Origin: an uncultured virus (IMG/VR IMGVR_UViG_3300021598_001639)
Lineage: Duplodnaviria > Heunggongvirae > Uroviricota > Caudoviricetes
Strand: one strand, 5' to 3'
IMG/VR virus record: IMGVR_UViG_3300021598_001639
Length of the DNA stretch: 64,000 nucleotides
Part shown: positions 9,697 through 20,636 of the stretch, one piece after another
How the letters are laid out: each line of letters opens with the position of its first letter
How positions within the stretch are numbered: position 1 is the stretch's first letter
Translations under genes and position numbers: made by a program
Notes under the pieces: generated by a model
The model's input: only the letters and a program-made list of their open reading frames with translations
Databases searched by the model: none
What the model was told of the DNA's origin: nothing

Positions 9697-12093
9697 TAAA
9701 GATTTCCTTGAGAAATTTCAGAAGCTGAAAAAGTAACATAGTGTTCTATAATACGGGCATTATCTCCTAAAACACCATAACAAACAGGGAGTGTATAAAA
9801 GTCCTGAGATTGAAAAGAAACACCAGTTTGACCATTTTGAAAATTAATTGATAGACCATCAAGAATAGGTTGAGAATCGGCGTGGGTTGTTTTAACGCCA
9901 CTATGGTCTTTAACCCAAGCAGAACCATTCCAACCCCAAGATTCCCACTCAAGAGAACAAACACCAATACTTCCCCCAACAAAAAAAAGATTTCTGCCTA
10001 AATACAATGAATTATCAGAAAGCTCTTGAGTTAACCTATTAACACTTTGAACTTCAACAACAGAATTATTTCTTACAGAAATAAAAATATTAACCCCATT
10101 TCTTAAATCCTGTCTGGCATAATAAAAATTATTTTCGTCAAAAAACCCAATACGCTTGACATTTCCCGAAACCACGTTAGCCGGAGAAAAATTACTATTT
10201 TGTGTAGCCTGAGAACCAAAAGAATTAGCATGAAAAGAATGAGTATTAACAGCATGGAAAATCCAAAAATCTCCAAAAGTAGAAACTTGAACAGCTTTGT
10301 CTGTAGGTATAATACCACCTGTGACAGTTGTATTGAACGTAACAGAATTTGCACTACCATTCCCAATAGACATAGACCACCAAACTAATGCAAAATTGCT
10401 ACCATTACGCAAATAAATAACAAATTCAGCATTTGGTCTATTAGAAGAAGTACAACCTACTAATGCAAAAACATTAGCCCAACCCATAGATGTAATATTA
10501 GCATTAGAGGGGTTAAAAAAAGTTGACCAGTTAGAGGATAAATTTGTAATTCCGTTATTAGTAACAATAAATAGGTCTAAGGCTGTTTGATTAAAAGCAG
10601 AAGCCACAGCATAAACCGGTGTAGTTACCAGTCTAACAATAGAATTAGTACCCCCTGCTGGGTTAATTTCCCACAATCCTGTGTCAGAACAAGCCACATA
10701 AATTTTTCCGTTAAATATTTCTAACTGTTTAATATTGGTAACAGGGAGATTAGCATTAGAAACAGTAGTATCATTATTGACATCAAAATTTTTGTAATCT
10801 CCATTTAAAATGTCAATCATTGTGACTCCTGTAGAATCCCAACGTATTAGTGTTCTATCGTTAAAAACTTTGTAGTTAAGATGATTTTGATGTCCATGAG
10901 AATGATTAAAAGGAACCCTAGAATACCTATAACCTAAAAAGGGAATTACATCTAGTGTTTGCAACCAAGAATTACCTTCATAATGGGTAAAACGTTGACG
11001 TTCTAAACGATAAGTAGCAACTCCAATATTTCCAGAATCTACAATTCGTATTCTATACATATCAGGATAATAGCCAGTCCAAGAACCAGAAGGTATCATT
11101 TTTCCTGAACCATTAGCTGACCATGTAGCATCATAAAAAGCAGACACGGCATTATTTTTTTTACCCCAAGAAGTTTGAATAGGATTGCGAGCGGGATTCA
11201 CTAATTGAATTGCAACAGCTGTTAAGCCAGTTGAATCCAAGTCACCAACAGCTAATGTGTTTATAACTCTACCTGTAAAAGCATCTAATCCTAATGAATT
11301 ACCACCCAATTTAAACTCTAAATTCGATAACAGTCGTGAAATGTCTCTATTAACAGATAGCCCATTATTTAAGCCATTAAGTGATGACGAAATATTTGTA
11401 GAAGTATCTGACACCCAAAAATGATAATTATCTGGGTTAGGCAAAAAAGTTAAACTAGGGGTTTGACGAGGGCTAGTAATATCAGACCTTGAAGATATAA
11501 ACTTTGCATCGAATCCAAAAAGAACTCTACCAATATGTCGTATTAAATCTCCACCTTTAGGCAATCCTAATCCAACCTCATTAACAAAATAGACCCTGTA
11601 AAAGATGTCAATATTTTCAAAAGCACCCTGTGTGACGTTATTTTCAAAAAGAACATAAGCGTAAGCAGAAGTTGAAAGATAGGTAGTACCTACCGCATTA
11701 GCACTTGGTGCATTCTCACCAACCGCAACAGTACGGAAAGTTCTGGAAGCCCCTGTAAAAACTAACCGTCCTCGTAATTCACCGTACATAGGTGATTCAT
11801 CAGTAGCCTCTACCCATGACACCTCTGTAGCACCAGTCGGAGGCTCACAGCGTGCAATTAAACCACTGACAGTTGTAACATATCTATCTGGGGTATCTGT
11901 AGAAGAAGAGATATATAATCTCTCTGCTATCGCAAAAGGTGCGGACAGTAGGTTAGTACCAGACACATTTGAGAGATTTAAAGCAGTTTGATAACCTCTT
12001 TCTGTAAAAGTGTTATATTCTGTAATAGAACGTGATTGTCCAGTTTTCTCATCCGTTATCAAAAGAGTGACTTGCCCTATAGGTTTAAACATT
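9696..12093 (-). CDS. Tail spike/fibre-like protein with beta-propeller region
   Basis: About 800 aa; GKIYVACSDTGLWEI and LFIVTNNGIT propeller-like blades; likely start MFKPIG. Confidence 0.6.
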
Positions 12094-13390
12094 AACCGAT
12101 TACTACCCCGCCTAAATCTAAGTCTGTTACAGACAATTGCCATACTACATTTAATTGAGCGTTAAAAGAACTTAATAGTTCACGGTTAAGAAAATTATTT
12201 GGGATTAGTTGATAAGCATTTAAATTAGATGATAGCAATGGAAGGTCAGTTACGAGAACAGAAGAAGCCGTAGACCAATTTGTTTGTACAGTTGAAAAAG
12301 ATAACAGGGTAGAATTATCTAAAACTGTTTCAGACAAAGCACTAGAAACTCTAAGATTTTCAAATTCACTAGGAGCATAGCCGTAACTCTCTAAGTGAAA
12401 CTGTGGGTCAATATAAAATAAATCTGAAGGGATTTCAAAATTATTGTTATCTAAAGTATAACAAGAAATTATTCTAAAGGGGATTTTAGCAGGGACATTA
12501 AACTTATTTAAGACCGTAGAACCTAAGTTAATCCACCCATTGTTATAAGTTTCAATTTTATAGTTAACTAATCCAAAAGTTTCAGACGGGGGATTCCATT
12601 TAAAATACACAGTGTTAATATCTAAATTTTTTTTATAAGAGGCAGTTAAAGAATAAGGTAAATCATAAATTAAAGGTGCTAAAACTTTTTGTAGAGAGGA
12701 AAACTCAGTAAAATATGAATAAGCACTAAGTCCTTTCAAAACATCAAAACTTGAAGGAGCAGGCACAATTTCTATTGTAGCAAATACATCGGGATTATCT
12801 AAAAGAGCTACTTTAAAAAATATTTTACCACCTGTAGAATTAAAAAACCCCCCTTGAGAAATAACGTTAGTAACTAAATCGTTAGGGTTAGAAAAAGTAA
12901 CAGGGTTTCCTGAAATTTGTGACCATTGAACAAATGAGGTCGAAGAACTAGCACTTATTATAACTTCTGTTTGTAAAATCACATAAATCTTTTCAGGGGC
13001 TGATATAGTTGCTATGGAAGCAATCATGTAAAGAGTTACAGAATAAATATCAGAAAACTCAGTTTCTATACTCGGTCGTTTTTCAAAATATAAAATGACT
13101 TGTCCAAAAGATTTAATAACACTTTCATAAAAAATAAACTGATTTGTCTTAAAAGATTCTGGAATGCCAAATCCCCGCCCAGTAACATTTAAATTTTTAT
13201 AAAAGTCTATAAACTCTAAAACTTGTGTGCTATTTAAACCTTCAAATTTGGCTGACACTTTTGCACTTCTACCTTGAGTAAAAGCATTTGTTCGATGTTC
13301 TATTCCTTCTTGGTCTTCAGTAATTATACTACCAAAATCAGATAACTCAATGTATTCAATTTTTGTAGGTTTAAAATTAGGAAAGCTCAT
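12092..13390 (-). CDS. Tail protein: N-terminal distal-tail-like domain plus Ig/FN3-like domains
   Basis: N-terminus paralogous to 13387, 18020 and 18912; VQWSQISG (PKD-like) and FKWNPP..NYKIE (FN3-like). Confidence 0.6.
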   Translation of the reverse strand: MSFPNFKPTKIEYIELSDFGSIITEDQEGIEHRTNAFTQGRSAKVSAKFEGLNSTQVLEFIDFYKNLNVTGRGFGIPESFKTNQFIFYESVIKSFGQVILYFEKRPSIETEFSDIYSVTLYMIASIATISAPEKIYVILQTEVIISASSSTSFVQWSQISGNPVTFSNPNDLVTNVISQGGFFNSTGGKIFFKVALLDNPDVFATIEIVPAPSSFDVLKGLSAYSYFTEFSSLQKVLAPLIYDLPYSLTASYKKNLDINTVYFKWNPPSETFGLVNYKIETYNNGWINLGSTVLNKFNVPAKIPFRIISCYTLDNNNFEIPSDLFYIDPQFHLESYGYAPSEFENLRVSSALSETVLDNSTLLSFSTVQTNWSTASSVLVTDLPLLSSNLNAYQLIPNNFLNRELLSSFNAQLNVVWQLSVTDLDLGGVVIG

Positions 13391-13812
13391 AAAATTTGGT
13401 CAGGATAAGGATTAGGAGACGGAACTACAATCGTACTGGTAGTAACTAAATTCACAGTAAAATTATAAACGTTTTGTTTAACTGTAGTTATTTCTATTTT
13501 GTCAGCAAATCTCCAAATAACCCCTTTTGTAAGAGATTCTAAAGCATTTTTAAGTGATAAAGGATGTCTCCAGACCGAAATAGGAACCAAAAACCCCTTA
13601 AAAGTACCTTTGGCACTATTATAAAAGCCAACAATTTCTAAAACATCCTCAGCAGTACGATTAACATACTCTAATTTAATTTTAGTACCTGTACCATTAT
13701 TGGTCAAAGATAAGCGAATTTCTGCTCCATCTGGAAACTCAGTAATAGATGAAGCATAAGTAGGAAGCTCTAGCTCCCTCATAAAATCTGGAACCAAATC
13801 AGGATATATCAT
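13387..13812 (-). CDS. Distal-tail (Dit/gpM-like) domain protein
   Basis: YP..LELP.Y...DG.E.R...I.L.Y...FY...KGTF..F...WRF pattern shared by four ORFs. Confidence 0.55.
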   Translation of the reverse strand: MIYPDLVPDFMRELELPTYASSITEFPDGAEIRLSLTNNGTGTKIKLEYVNRTAEDVLEIVGFYNSAKGTFKGFLVPISVWRHPLSLKNALESLTKGVIWRFADKIEITTVKQNVYNFTVNLVTTSTIVVPSPNPYPDQIL

Positions 13813-16800
13813 TGAAATTTGAAGTCGAGGTCAGAAAAATCAAATAATTTGTTAGACCATAAAACAGCACTTATAGATATTTCACCATTTTCAGAGATTG
13901 CAAGATTTTGAATCCTGTAAACTTTATCTTCAATAATGGCTCTACCAATAACTACAGGGTCATACAAGGAAATGGGTGAAGGTAAATTTTCAATGTCCAA
14001 ATAGTAAAAACCATTCTCCTGAACTAATGCAAAAGTTAAGTTCTCTAGTACCGTATTGGTTTCCTGAAGTTGAATGGTAGCTTTATAGTCAGATGTAATT
14101 AAATTAGAGGGTTGTCTAGATAGCAAAATTCTTTGGGTTTGAGTTGTTATATCATAAACTCCAACTTCGGTTACATATCCAGAAATGTCATAATCATATT
14201 CGGTAGCCGTATGCTGAACTAGAATTGCTTCACCCGGAGCTAAAAAAAGTCCTTGAGTGGCAGTCTTAAACTTGACTATTTTATCTTGGTATCTCTTTGA
14301 GTTAAGAGTTACACCAGCTACCTTTTTGGCTTGCTCAGGATTAGAAATACTAGGAGCCTCAATTGTGATAGAATTTAATTTAACTTGTTTAGATACTAAG
14401 GCATCAGTTCGAGCTACTACTGCCGTTAAAGGTTTTTGATTATCAGTACCATCTGTAAAGACCACAACAACTTGATTAATCTGTGATTCTTGCCACGGTA
14501 ATACACTTTCCTCAAATGAATCTTTTAAAATGTTAGAAGCATTGAAAACTGCGATTGGTAATCTATCTTCATCTTCAGTAGTAAGTCCAAATAAACCATT
14601 AGGACTAAAAGGATATAAAAGAGAAAGACTAGCATCTTTTGTTACTTTAGTTGAAAAATTTTCCACCTCCGATAAAACACCATCCCAATAAAATTCATTT
14701 TCTTTAACGAATCTACGGGCTTTAACAATCGAATCATAATCAATATCATTATCGCCATCAATAACTGCCCCTAAACCCCCTTCTGGGTTAATTAACCAAT
14801 CAACATAAATATCCGGAAAATAATTAGATGCCTCATAATTATAGATAATAAAACGGTCTTTAGGGCTAAAGGATATAGTCGTAACAGGTCTATTATTAGA
14901 TATACCTGTCACTGTACCTTCCAATTTAGTGTCCTTTCACTTTAACTCCAACAACAGCCACACCAGCATAGTTACTAGGCTTTGAGATAGTATCAGGATT
15001 TACAACTTCTGATATAGTAGTTATTCTAAGTGGTGCGCCACTTTCAGATGAGACTATTCTTTTGAACTCATCAAAATTTATAGAATCTCTCATCATTCTA
15101 TTAGTTGGTTGCCCTGAAAATTCCCCCTTTAAACGCACAATATTTCCGTTAATATTAGCTGAAGTAGAATAAACAGCATCTTCACCACTACAATCTAATT
15201 TGAGAGTATCAGAAGTAGAATCAGGAGCCGTTGAAAAAGGTTTTAATTTGACATAATACCGACCATATTTAAGATTTTCTATCTCTATTCTAAATTGTTT
15301 AGCGTTTTCAGATTTTTCACGAATAAATATCCGTTTAAGAAAAACCCAATTGTTTTCAGAATAAGGAATAGGGTCGCCATCAATATCTGTCAAGGGTTGT
15401 ATAAAAACATCAAAACATACCCCATAAGGGTAAATATCATCAAAATTTTCTAAATCTGCGTGATTTTTACCACCCATTCCTTTATCCTCTAATTTTTACC
15501 TGATTTTTCTGTTTCACTTTCGAGCGGCTTACGTCTGGAAAATAAGACCCCTTCAAAGTTAATCACTATTTTGTTTACCTTTTTACTTGTTTCATAAAAA
15601 GCTTCCCATATAGCAAATATGTCATCATCCTCCGTAATAGTTACAGACGGTTTAATGGTTATAGTCCTGTCTGAATCTTTTTTCTTAGTCACTCTAAAAC
15701 GATTGTTTATTCCACCATTGTTAACCTCATAAATTTCGGCAGGGGTAAACCGACTCCAATTTTCAATCGAATCTTTTTCGTCCTCATAAACGACTAATGT
15801 TGCGGTATCTGCAGATGATGAAACCACCCCTACTCCAAATTCCCCAGTGGGAAAAGCTACGCTGGACACCGAGTTAACCCTAACACTTGTGTTCATACCT
15901 TGAATAACAACTTTGGCTGGTATTCCACTCCAATTTACACCTGAAACAGCTAAAATTAATTCATTATTCTTTTTATATCTTACGACTTTATTAGCACCTG
16001 AAAAACCTAACTCAACTTGAAAAGTATCATTGATAGCCCAAACACTAGAGCTTACGGTGCTACCATTGGCAATAATAGATAGGGGATATGTTGTAATTGT
16101 AGTTTGAGGATCAAAAACAGATTCAGTTCTAATCCCAAAAGTAATGTTATTACTTCCTCTTGTACCATAACCTACTATCTTAGGGGCATAATCAAAGACT
16201 TGCCATGAAATAGTGCCGCCTCCTTCACCTGGGATTTCGTTTGTAACGGCATAGGAATCAGCTACGGTACTCTCACTAGAACCAGCATTTTTAGTAAAGG
16301 TTTGTCCAGAACTACCACTGGACGATATGTAACAATTTGTCACTCCCCAACTACCATTGATTGACCTTGTTGAAGAAGCTAAAACTGAGTTTTTAGCTTG
16401 CGCTCTTTTTGACGTTCCCAAAAGATTATAGGAATTTGGAGAAATACATTGCCCAAAAAAGTTAAAGTCTGTTGTTAAACTGTTTTGACCTTGATTATTG
16501 TAAAAAGTAGGAGTTCCTGACAAGTATTGAAAATCTAAATCTTCTTCATAATATCTGTCAATAGTTTGATTATCTATTAACAATTTAGAATCATCAATGT
16601 ACCCTATTTCCCCTAAACTCAAAGCCACAACTGCATATAAATTTCCTGAATCCCCCCTGTTTTCAACTCTACAAGCAATTAACTTACCACCAGTTCTTAC
16701 GCCCCCTAAAGGATTTTTTAAATTAGAAGTATAAATAATAGGAATTGCTGTTCCTTGAGTTGCAATACTATCCCCAGACATTCCGTCAAAAGAAAAAGTA

Positions 16801-17084
16801 GGAGCTTTAGGTTTTTTAGATTTTTTTCCACTATTACCACCAAACAAAGAAGAACCAAGTGCAAATCCCATTGTAATTCCTGTCAAAATAGCAGGTACAC
16901 CACCTAAAGCAAAACCAACAATGCCCCCAACTATTCCTAGACCAATTCCTCCTTCTAATTTTCCATTTTGTATAACAAATTTATCCGTACTTTCAGTTAA
17001 GGGTACGTCAGCTAATCTTCTATCCTCTTTTAGGCAAACCTTAAAGAAAAAGTCTTGAAAGTTTTGTTCAGGAGTTTTTAACAT
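13809..17084 (-). CDS. Tail tip / central fibre protein (lambda J-like), broken into three ORFs (15489-17084, 14926-15477, 13809-14924)
   Basis: IATQGTAIPIIY, LSLGEIG, SNYAGVAVVGVKVK, FKTATQGLFLAPGEAILV, YRIQNLAISENGEISISAV; junctions at 15477-15489 and 14924-14926 are frameshifts. Confidence 0.7.
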
Positions 17085-17085
17085 T

Positions 17086-17535
17086 CTACACTACCTTTTC
17101 TGTTTTTTCCCAAATATTCCAAGTTTTAACAATGAGCGGGTTCAGCTTCTTTAAAGGTTTAAATGTACTTCTAGAACTACCACCGCTACCCGTATATACC
17201 ACATAATTAACGTTTAAATGGGGTACAATTATTCCTAATCCGTATTTCCCATACCAGTTTATAAGAAGCATATCTAGGGGTTCGTTTGTTTGTTTTCCCT
17301 CCCCCAATAAATCAACACTTATTCTTTCCAATTCGGAATTTGGGAGCTCAGAATCAGCATTGTATTTTTTATATACCCAATCAAAGCCTAAAAATTTTTT
17401 TCCTTTATGTTTATAATAGACATAATTTACTAAACCAAAACAATCTAATCCTTCTTTAGGGGTTTTACCGCCCCAAAGATAAGGAATATCCTTAAAATCA
17501 AAAATCGAGGGTTCTATCTCTGTTGTAATTATCAT
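17086..17535 (-). CDS. NlpC/P60 tail assembly protein (gpK-like)
   Basis: IPYLWGGKTPKEGLDCFGLVNYVY. Confidence 0.85.
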   Translation of the reverse strand: MIITTEIEPSIFDFKDIPYLWGGKTPKEGLDCFGLVNYVYYKHKGKKFLGFDWVYKKYNADSELPNSELERISVDLLGEGKQTNEPLDMLLINWYGKYGLGIIVPHLNVNYVVYTGSGGSSRSTFKPLKKLNPLIVKTWNIWEKTEKVV

Positions 17536-18020
17536 AGGGGTCTATAATTAGTTTTAACACTATTTACATAAGGTAACTCTGGGAATATGTCAGGTTCAAA
17601 CACTTTAGAAGGAATTTGATTAAAAACAGCATCTACTGGAGAGCGACAGGTAAAAACTACTGCTCCTTTTTGTAAAACATACGAGGAAATCCTAGTATTT
17701 TGCGTTTCGTAAATAGCGTCTTCGTCCTCTGGAAACACAGTATATACTTTCATTAAACTTCCTCTCAATTCTTTTTCCTTTAATATAGCCCTTAAAGCTT
17801 CAGTATTTGCTAATTTTAACGACATAGAAGTTGAGGAAATTTCTAAATCTTCAACAAAAGTTGTCAAAACAAAAGGTAAATAAATATAATATGAACCTTC
17901 AAAACTATAAGGTGCAATTTGAAAATTTTGGAACCTGTAAACTTCATTAGTAGGAAGTTTTAAGAAAATTAATCTTCCGTAAAAATGCTGTGGATTTAAA
18001 TGGGGGGCTAAACTTGTCAT
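17532..18020 (-). CDS. Minor tail/hub protein (gpL-like)
   Basis: YIYLPF...MSLKLAN...IPSKVFEPDIFPELP; position between Dit and NlpC. Confidence 0.6.
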   Translation of the reverse strand: MTSLAPHLNPQHFYGRLIFLKLPTNEVYRFQNFQIAPYSFEGSYYIYLPFVLTTFVEDLEISSTSMSLKLANTEALRAILKEKELRGSLMKVYTVFPEDEDAIYETQNTRISSYVLQKGAVVFTCRSPVDAVFNQIPSKVFEPDIFPELPYVNSVKTNYRPL

Positions 18021-18412
18021 TAGCTAATTACCGATATTAAGGAGACATCGAAATTATAAATCTTAGTAAAAACAGTAATAAATTTTATAGGCGAAGCAAA
18101 TCGCCATAATGTAGTATCACCCAACAAATCAATACTATCCTTGTAGTCCGTCGGGTGTCTATTAATTCCGGTTGGTAATGTAAAAGCTTCCTTTAACCCT
18201 CTAACTTGTCCCCAAAAATTAATAATAGTTGCGACTTCTGTTTCCGTTCTCCCCTGATATTTTAGCATAATTTTAGTATGGTTGCCTTGTTGATGAACAA
18301 AACGTCTTGTTTCAGACCCGTCATCATTTTCAAAAATCTTTACCCCGAAATCTGGAAGCTCAAAGTTATCAATTGAATTTGGGATAATTGAAGGGTATGT
18401 GAATCCTGACAT
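18020..18412 (-). CDS. Distal-tail (Dit/gpM-like) domain protein
   Basis: Paralogue of 13387-13812. Confidence 0.55.
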   Translation of the reverse strand: MSGFTYPSIIPNSIDNFELPDFGVKIFENDDGSETRRFVHQQGNHTKIMLKYQGRTETEVATIINFWGQVRGLKEAFTLPTGINRHPTDYKDSIDLLGDTTLWRFASPIKFITVFTKIYNFDVSLISVIS

Positions 18413-18422
18413 AATATTGACC

Positions 18423-18851
18423 CTAGCTAAAAGTTGCAGTTAATACACCAGTATTGGTGGGTATATCTACTTGAAAAGTTACGCCACTAGGGGTAAAACT
18501 ATTATTAAATTCTAAAAAGGCAATCACAGGGTCGGATGTAGCGAAACTACCACCAACTCTTTTACAAATTACCATTCCTAACAAGGGTGTGGATGTACCA
18601 GTCGTTAAATTATTCCAAATAGGATTGGTAAACGTCCATCTGACTGTGGGAGTCGTAGGAGTGTCTAAAGTTGTTCCAGACAATAACTGTGGTGCATAAG
18701 TTCCCCCAGAAGCTTCCGCTAACCCTGTGCGAGTGGTTACAGTCGAAACAGGTGTAGAAGTCACTAAACAAGCATAAAACGTATCACTGTCTAAATCTAT
18801 TGTGGCATTTAATATTCCGATTTTTGCAGAATTAAAAACAAATGAGGGCAT
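18423..18851 (-). CDS. Tail fibre-associated structural protein
   Basis: MPSFVFNSAK..ILNATIDLDSDTFYACLV...EASGGTY, a common phage structural motif. Confidence 0.65.
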   Translation of the reverse strand: MPSFVFNSAKIGILNATIDLDSDTFYACLVTSTPVSTVTTRTGLAEASGGTYAPQLLSGTTLDTPTTPTVRWTFTNPIWNNLTTGTSTPLLGMVICKRVGGSFATSDPVIAFLEFNNSFTPSGVTFQVDIPTNTGVLTATFS

Positions 18852-18911
18852 AAACCAAAATTAGGTAAAGTTAAAGGATGGCTATTCTCAGTTTGAGCGT
18901 TCCTTTCCGTT

Positions 18912-20636
18912 TTAAGTCTTTAAAATTCCAATGCTAAATATTAAATCTGCTGCACTACTATTTGACGTGATAACCAGTGTTACCGTTCCTGACACCGCTA
19001 CGGTTTTAGCCGATGTAGAGCTTATGTTTTGATTAGAGTTAGTGACACTGATGCTACTTAATCCTCCAACATTAACACCGTTTATCTGTAGTGAGGCTGT
19101 ACAAGTTCCAGAAGTTGTGGATATTGAAATATTTTCAATTGTAAAGCCAAATTTAGCAACACCTACTAACGTATAAGTTTTATTAGCAGGAACTTCTATT
19201 TGCCCACCTATTGAATCTATGTTAAAAGAATTACTTAATACTTTGCTTGAATTTAAAGCTAATCCCGTACCAGCAGTATTTATTATGTTGGTTAATTTTT
19301 GGATAAACCAAGATTTGGCTCCGTTATGTATGAATAAATAAAGGTCATCTTTAGTTAAAGTTAGCCCATTAGGTGCTGTTAAGACTACATTACTGTTTTG
19401 AGGGCTAATAGTAATAGTTCCATCTTGTGTATCATCTCTCACATAACAAAACCAGCCAGTCGGGAAGTTAGTAGTAGTATCAGGTATTGTCAAAGTAAAG
19501 TTACCAGAATATAAATCATTGTAAGCTAATTTACCTTGCCAACTAGACTCTAATGTTGAGCCTTGCATTTGTAACAAGGGGATAATTCCGGTAGTCCCAC
19601 CTCCACCATCACCACTACCTGTTGCTAATTCTGTTCCAACAATTGTCCATCTATTTCCTTTTTTAATTACTTGAATAGAAGTGTTTTCAACATTTAACAC
19701 TCTACTGCTTTGACCTTGTATTGTTTGTCCTACTGGTGCATTTAAAGTAAACGCATTTAAACCAAAACCTGTAGGTGAGCTAGTAGAAGTTCCAGCGTAA
19801 TCAGAATAAATAATAGTTGTATCATCAAGAGCATCCGAAGGCAATGTTGTGGATGCCACACCAGAAGCTGTATTAACTAAGTGTATATAACGTGCTAAAC
19901 TTGTGAATGTTCCTGAAACAATGATACTGGGCATTTGTTCAAAACTGTTTAATATTCCAAAGCCTGTTTGTGAAGCCACAAAAGAAAGGCTTAAACTTTG
20001 GATTGAGCGACTATCTACAGAACCAGAATTAGAAGTGGTAAAAGTTAGTTCTGAAATTTCTAACGTTAAGTCTATAGAATTGACAGTTACACTCTGGTTT
20101 AAATTTATTGAGGATATGATAAATTCTAAAGCTATAGGGACTAATTCCCTAACTTGTTTTTGTGTAATCAATATAGTGGGTAAAATAAAATCTACATTTG
20201 CACTATTTACAAAACCTATAATTTTAGAACTATCAGGATTTAACGAATCCTTTAGTGATAATAATCTTATCTCTACAGTGTAAATATCACTAATAACTGT
20301 CTGAATCATAGGCGGGTTCATAAATCGCCATTCGGTAGTATCAGCTAAAGCAGTTAAAGAATTTGTAATACTAGAAGGACTGCGATAAAAATTTATTGGC
20401 AAAGTAAACTTATCAAATGTTCCCTTAACTTGGAGATAAAATGCCGTTAAAGCTTTAACCTCTTCACTTCTAAGCCCGTTATATTGTATTTTTAACTCAG
20501 TTTTGTAACCCGTGTCTTCAGTATATCTGCGAATTTCCCGTCCTAATTCATTCTCAAATAGTTTTAAACCATAATCTGGTAATTTATCAACGTGGAAAAA
20601 ATTAGGAGCAAGAGTTTCAGGAAAAGTATTAGTCAT
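18912..20636 (-). CDS. Tail protein: Dit-like N-domain plus fibre-like C-terminus
   Basis: Directly after the tape measure; N-terminal paralogy; G/S/T-rich C-terminus. Confidence 0.6.
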   Translation of the reverse strand: MTNTFPETLAPNFFHVDKLPDYGLKLFENELGREIRRYTEDTGYKTELKIQYNGLRSEEVKALTAFYLQVKGTFDKFTLPINFYRSPSSITNSLTALADTTEWRFMNPPMIQTVISDIYTVEIRLLSLKDSLNPDSSKIIGFVNSANVDFILPTILITQKQVRELVPIALEFIISSINLNQSVTVNSIDLTLEISELTFTTSNSGSVDSRSIQSLSLSFVASQTGFGILNSFEQMPSIIVSGTFTSLARYIHLVNTASGVASTTLPSDALDDTTIIYSDYAGTSTSSPTGFGLNAFTLNAPVGQTIQGQSSRVLNVENTSIQVIKKGNRWTIVGTELATGSGDGGGGTTGIIPLLQMQGSTLESSWQGKLAYNDLYSGNFTLTIPDTTTNFPTGWFCYVRDDTQDGTITISPQNSNVVLTAPNGLTLTKDDLYLFIHNGAKSWFIQKLTNIINTAGTGLALNSSKVLSNSFNIDSIGGQIEVPANKTYTLVGVAKFGFTIENISISTTSGTCTASLQINGVNVGGLSSISVTNSNQNISSTSAKTVAVSGTVTLVITSNSSAADLIFSIGILKT

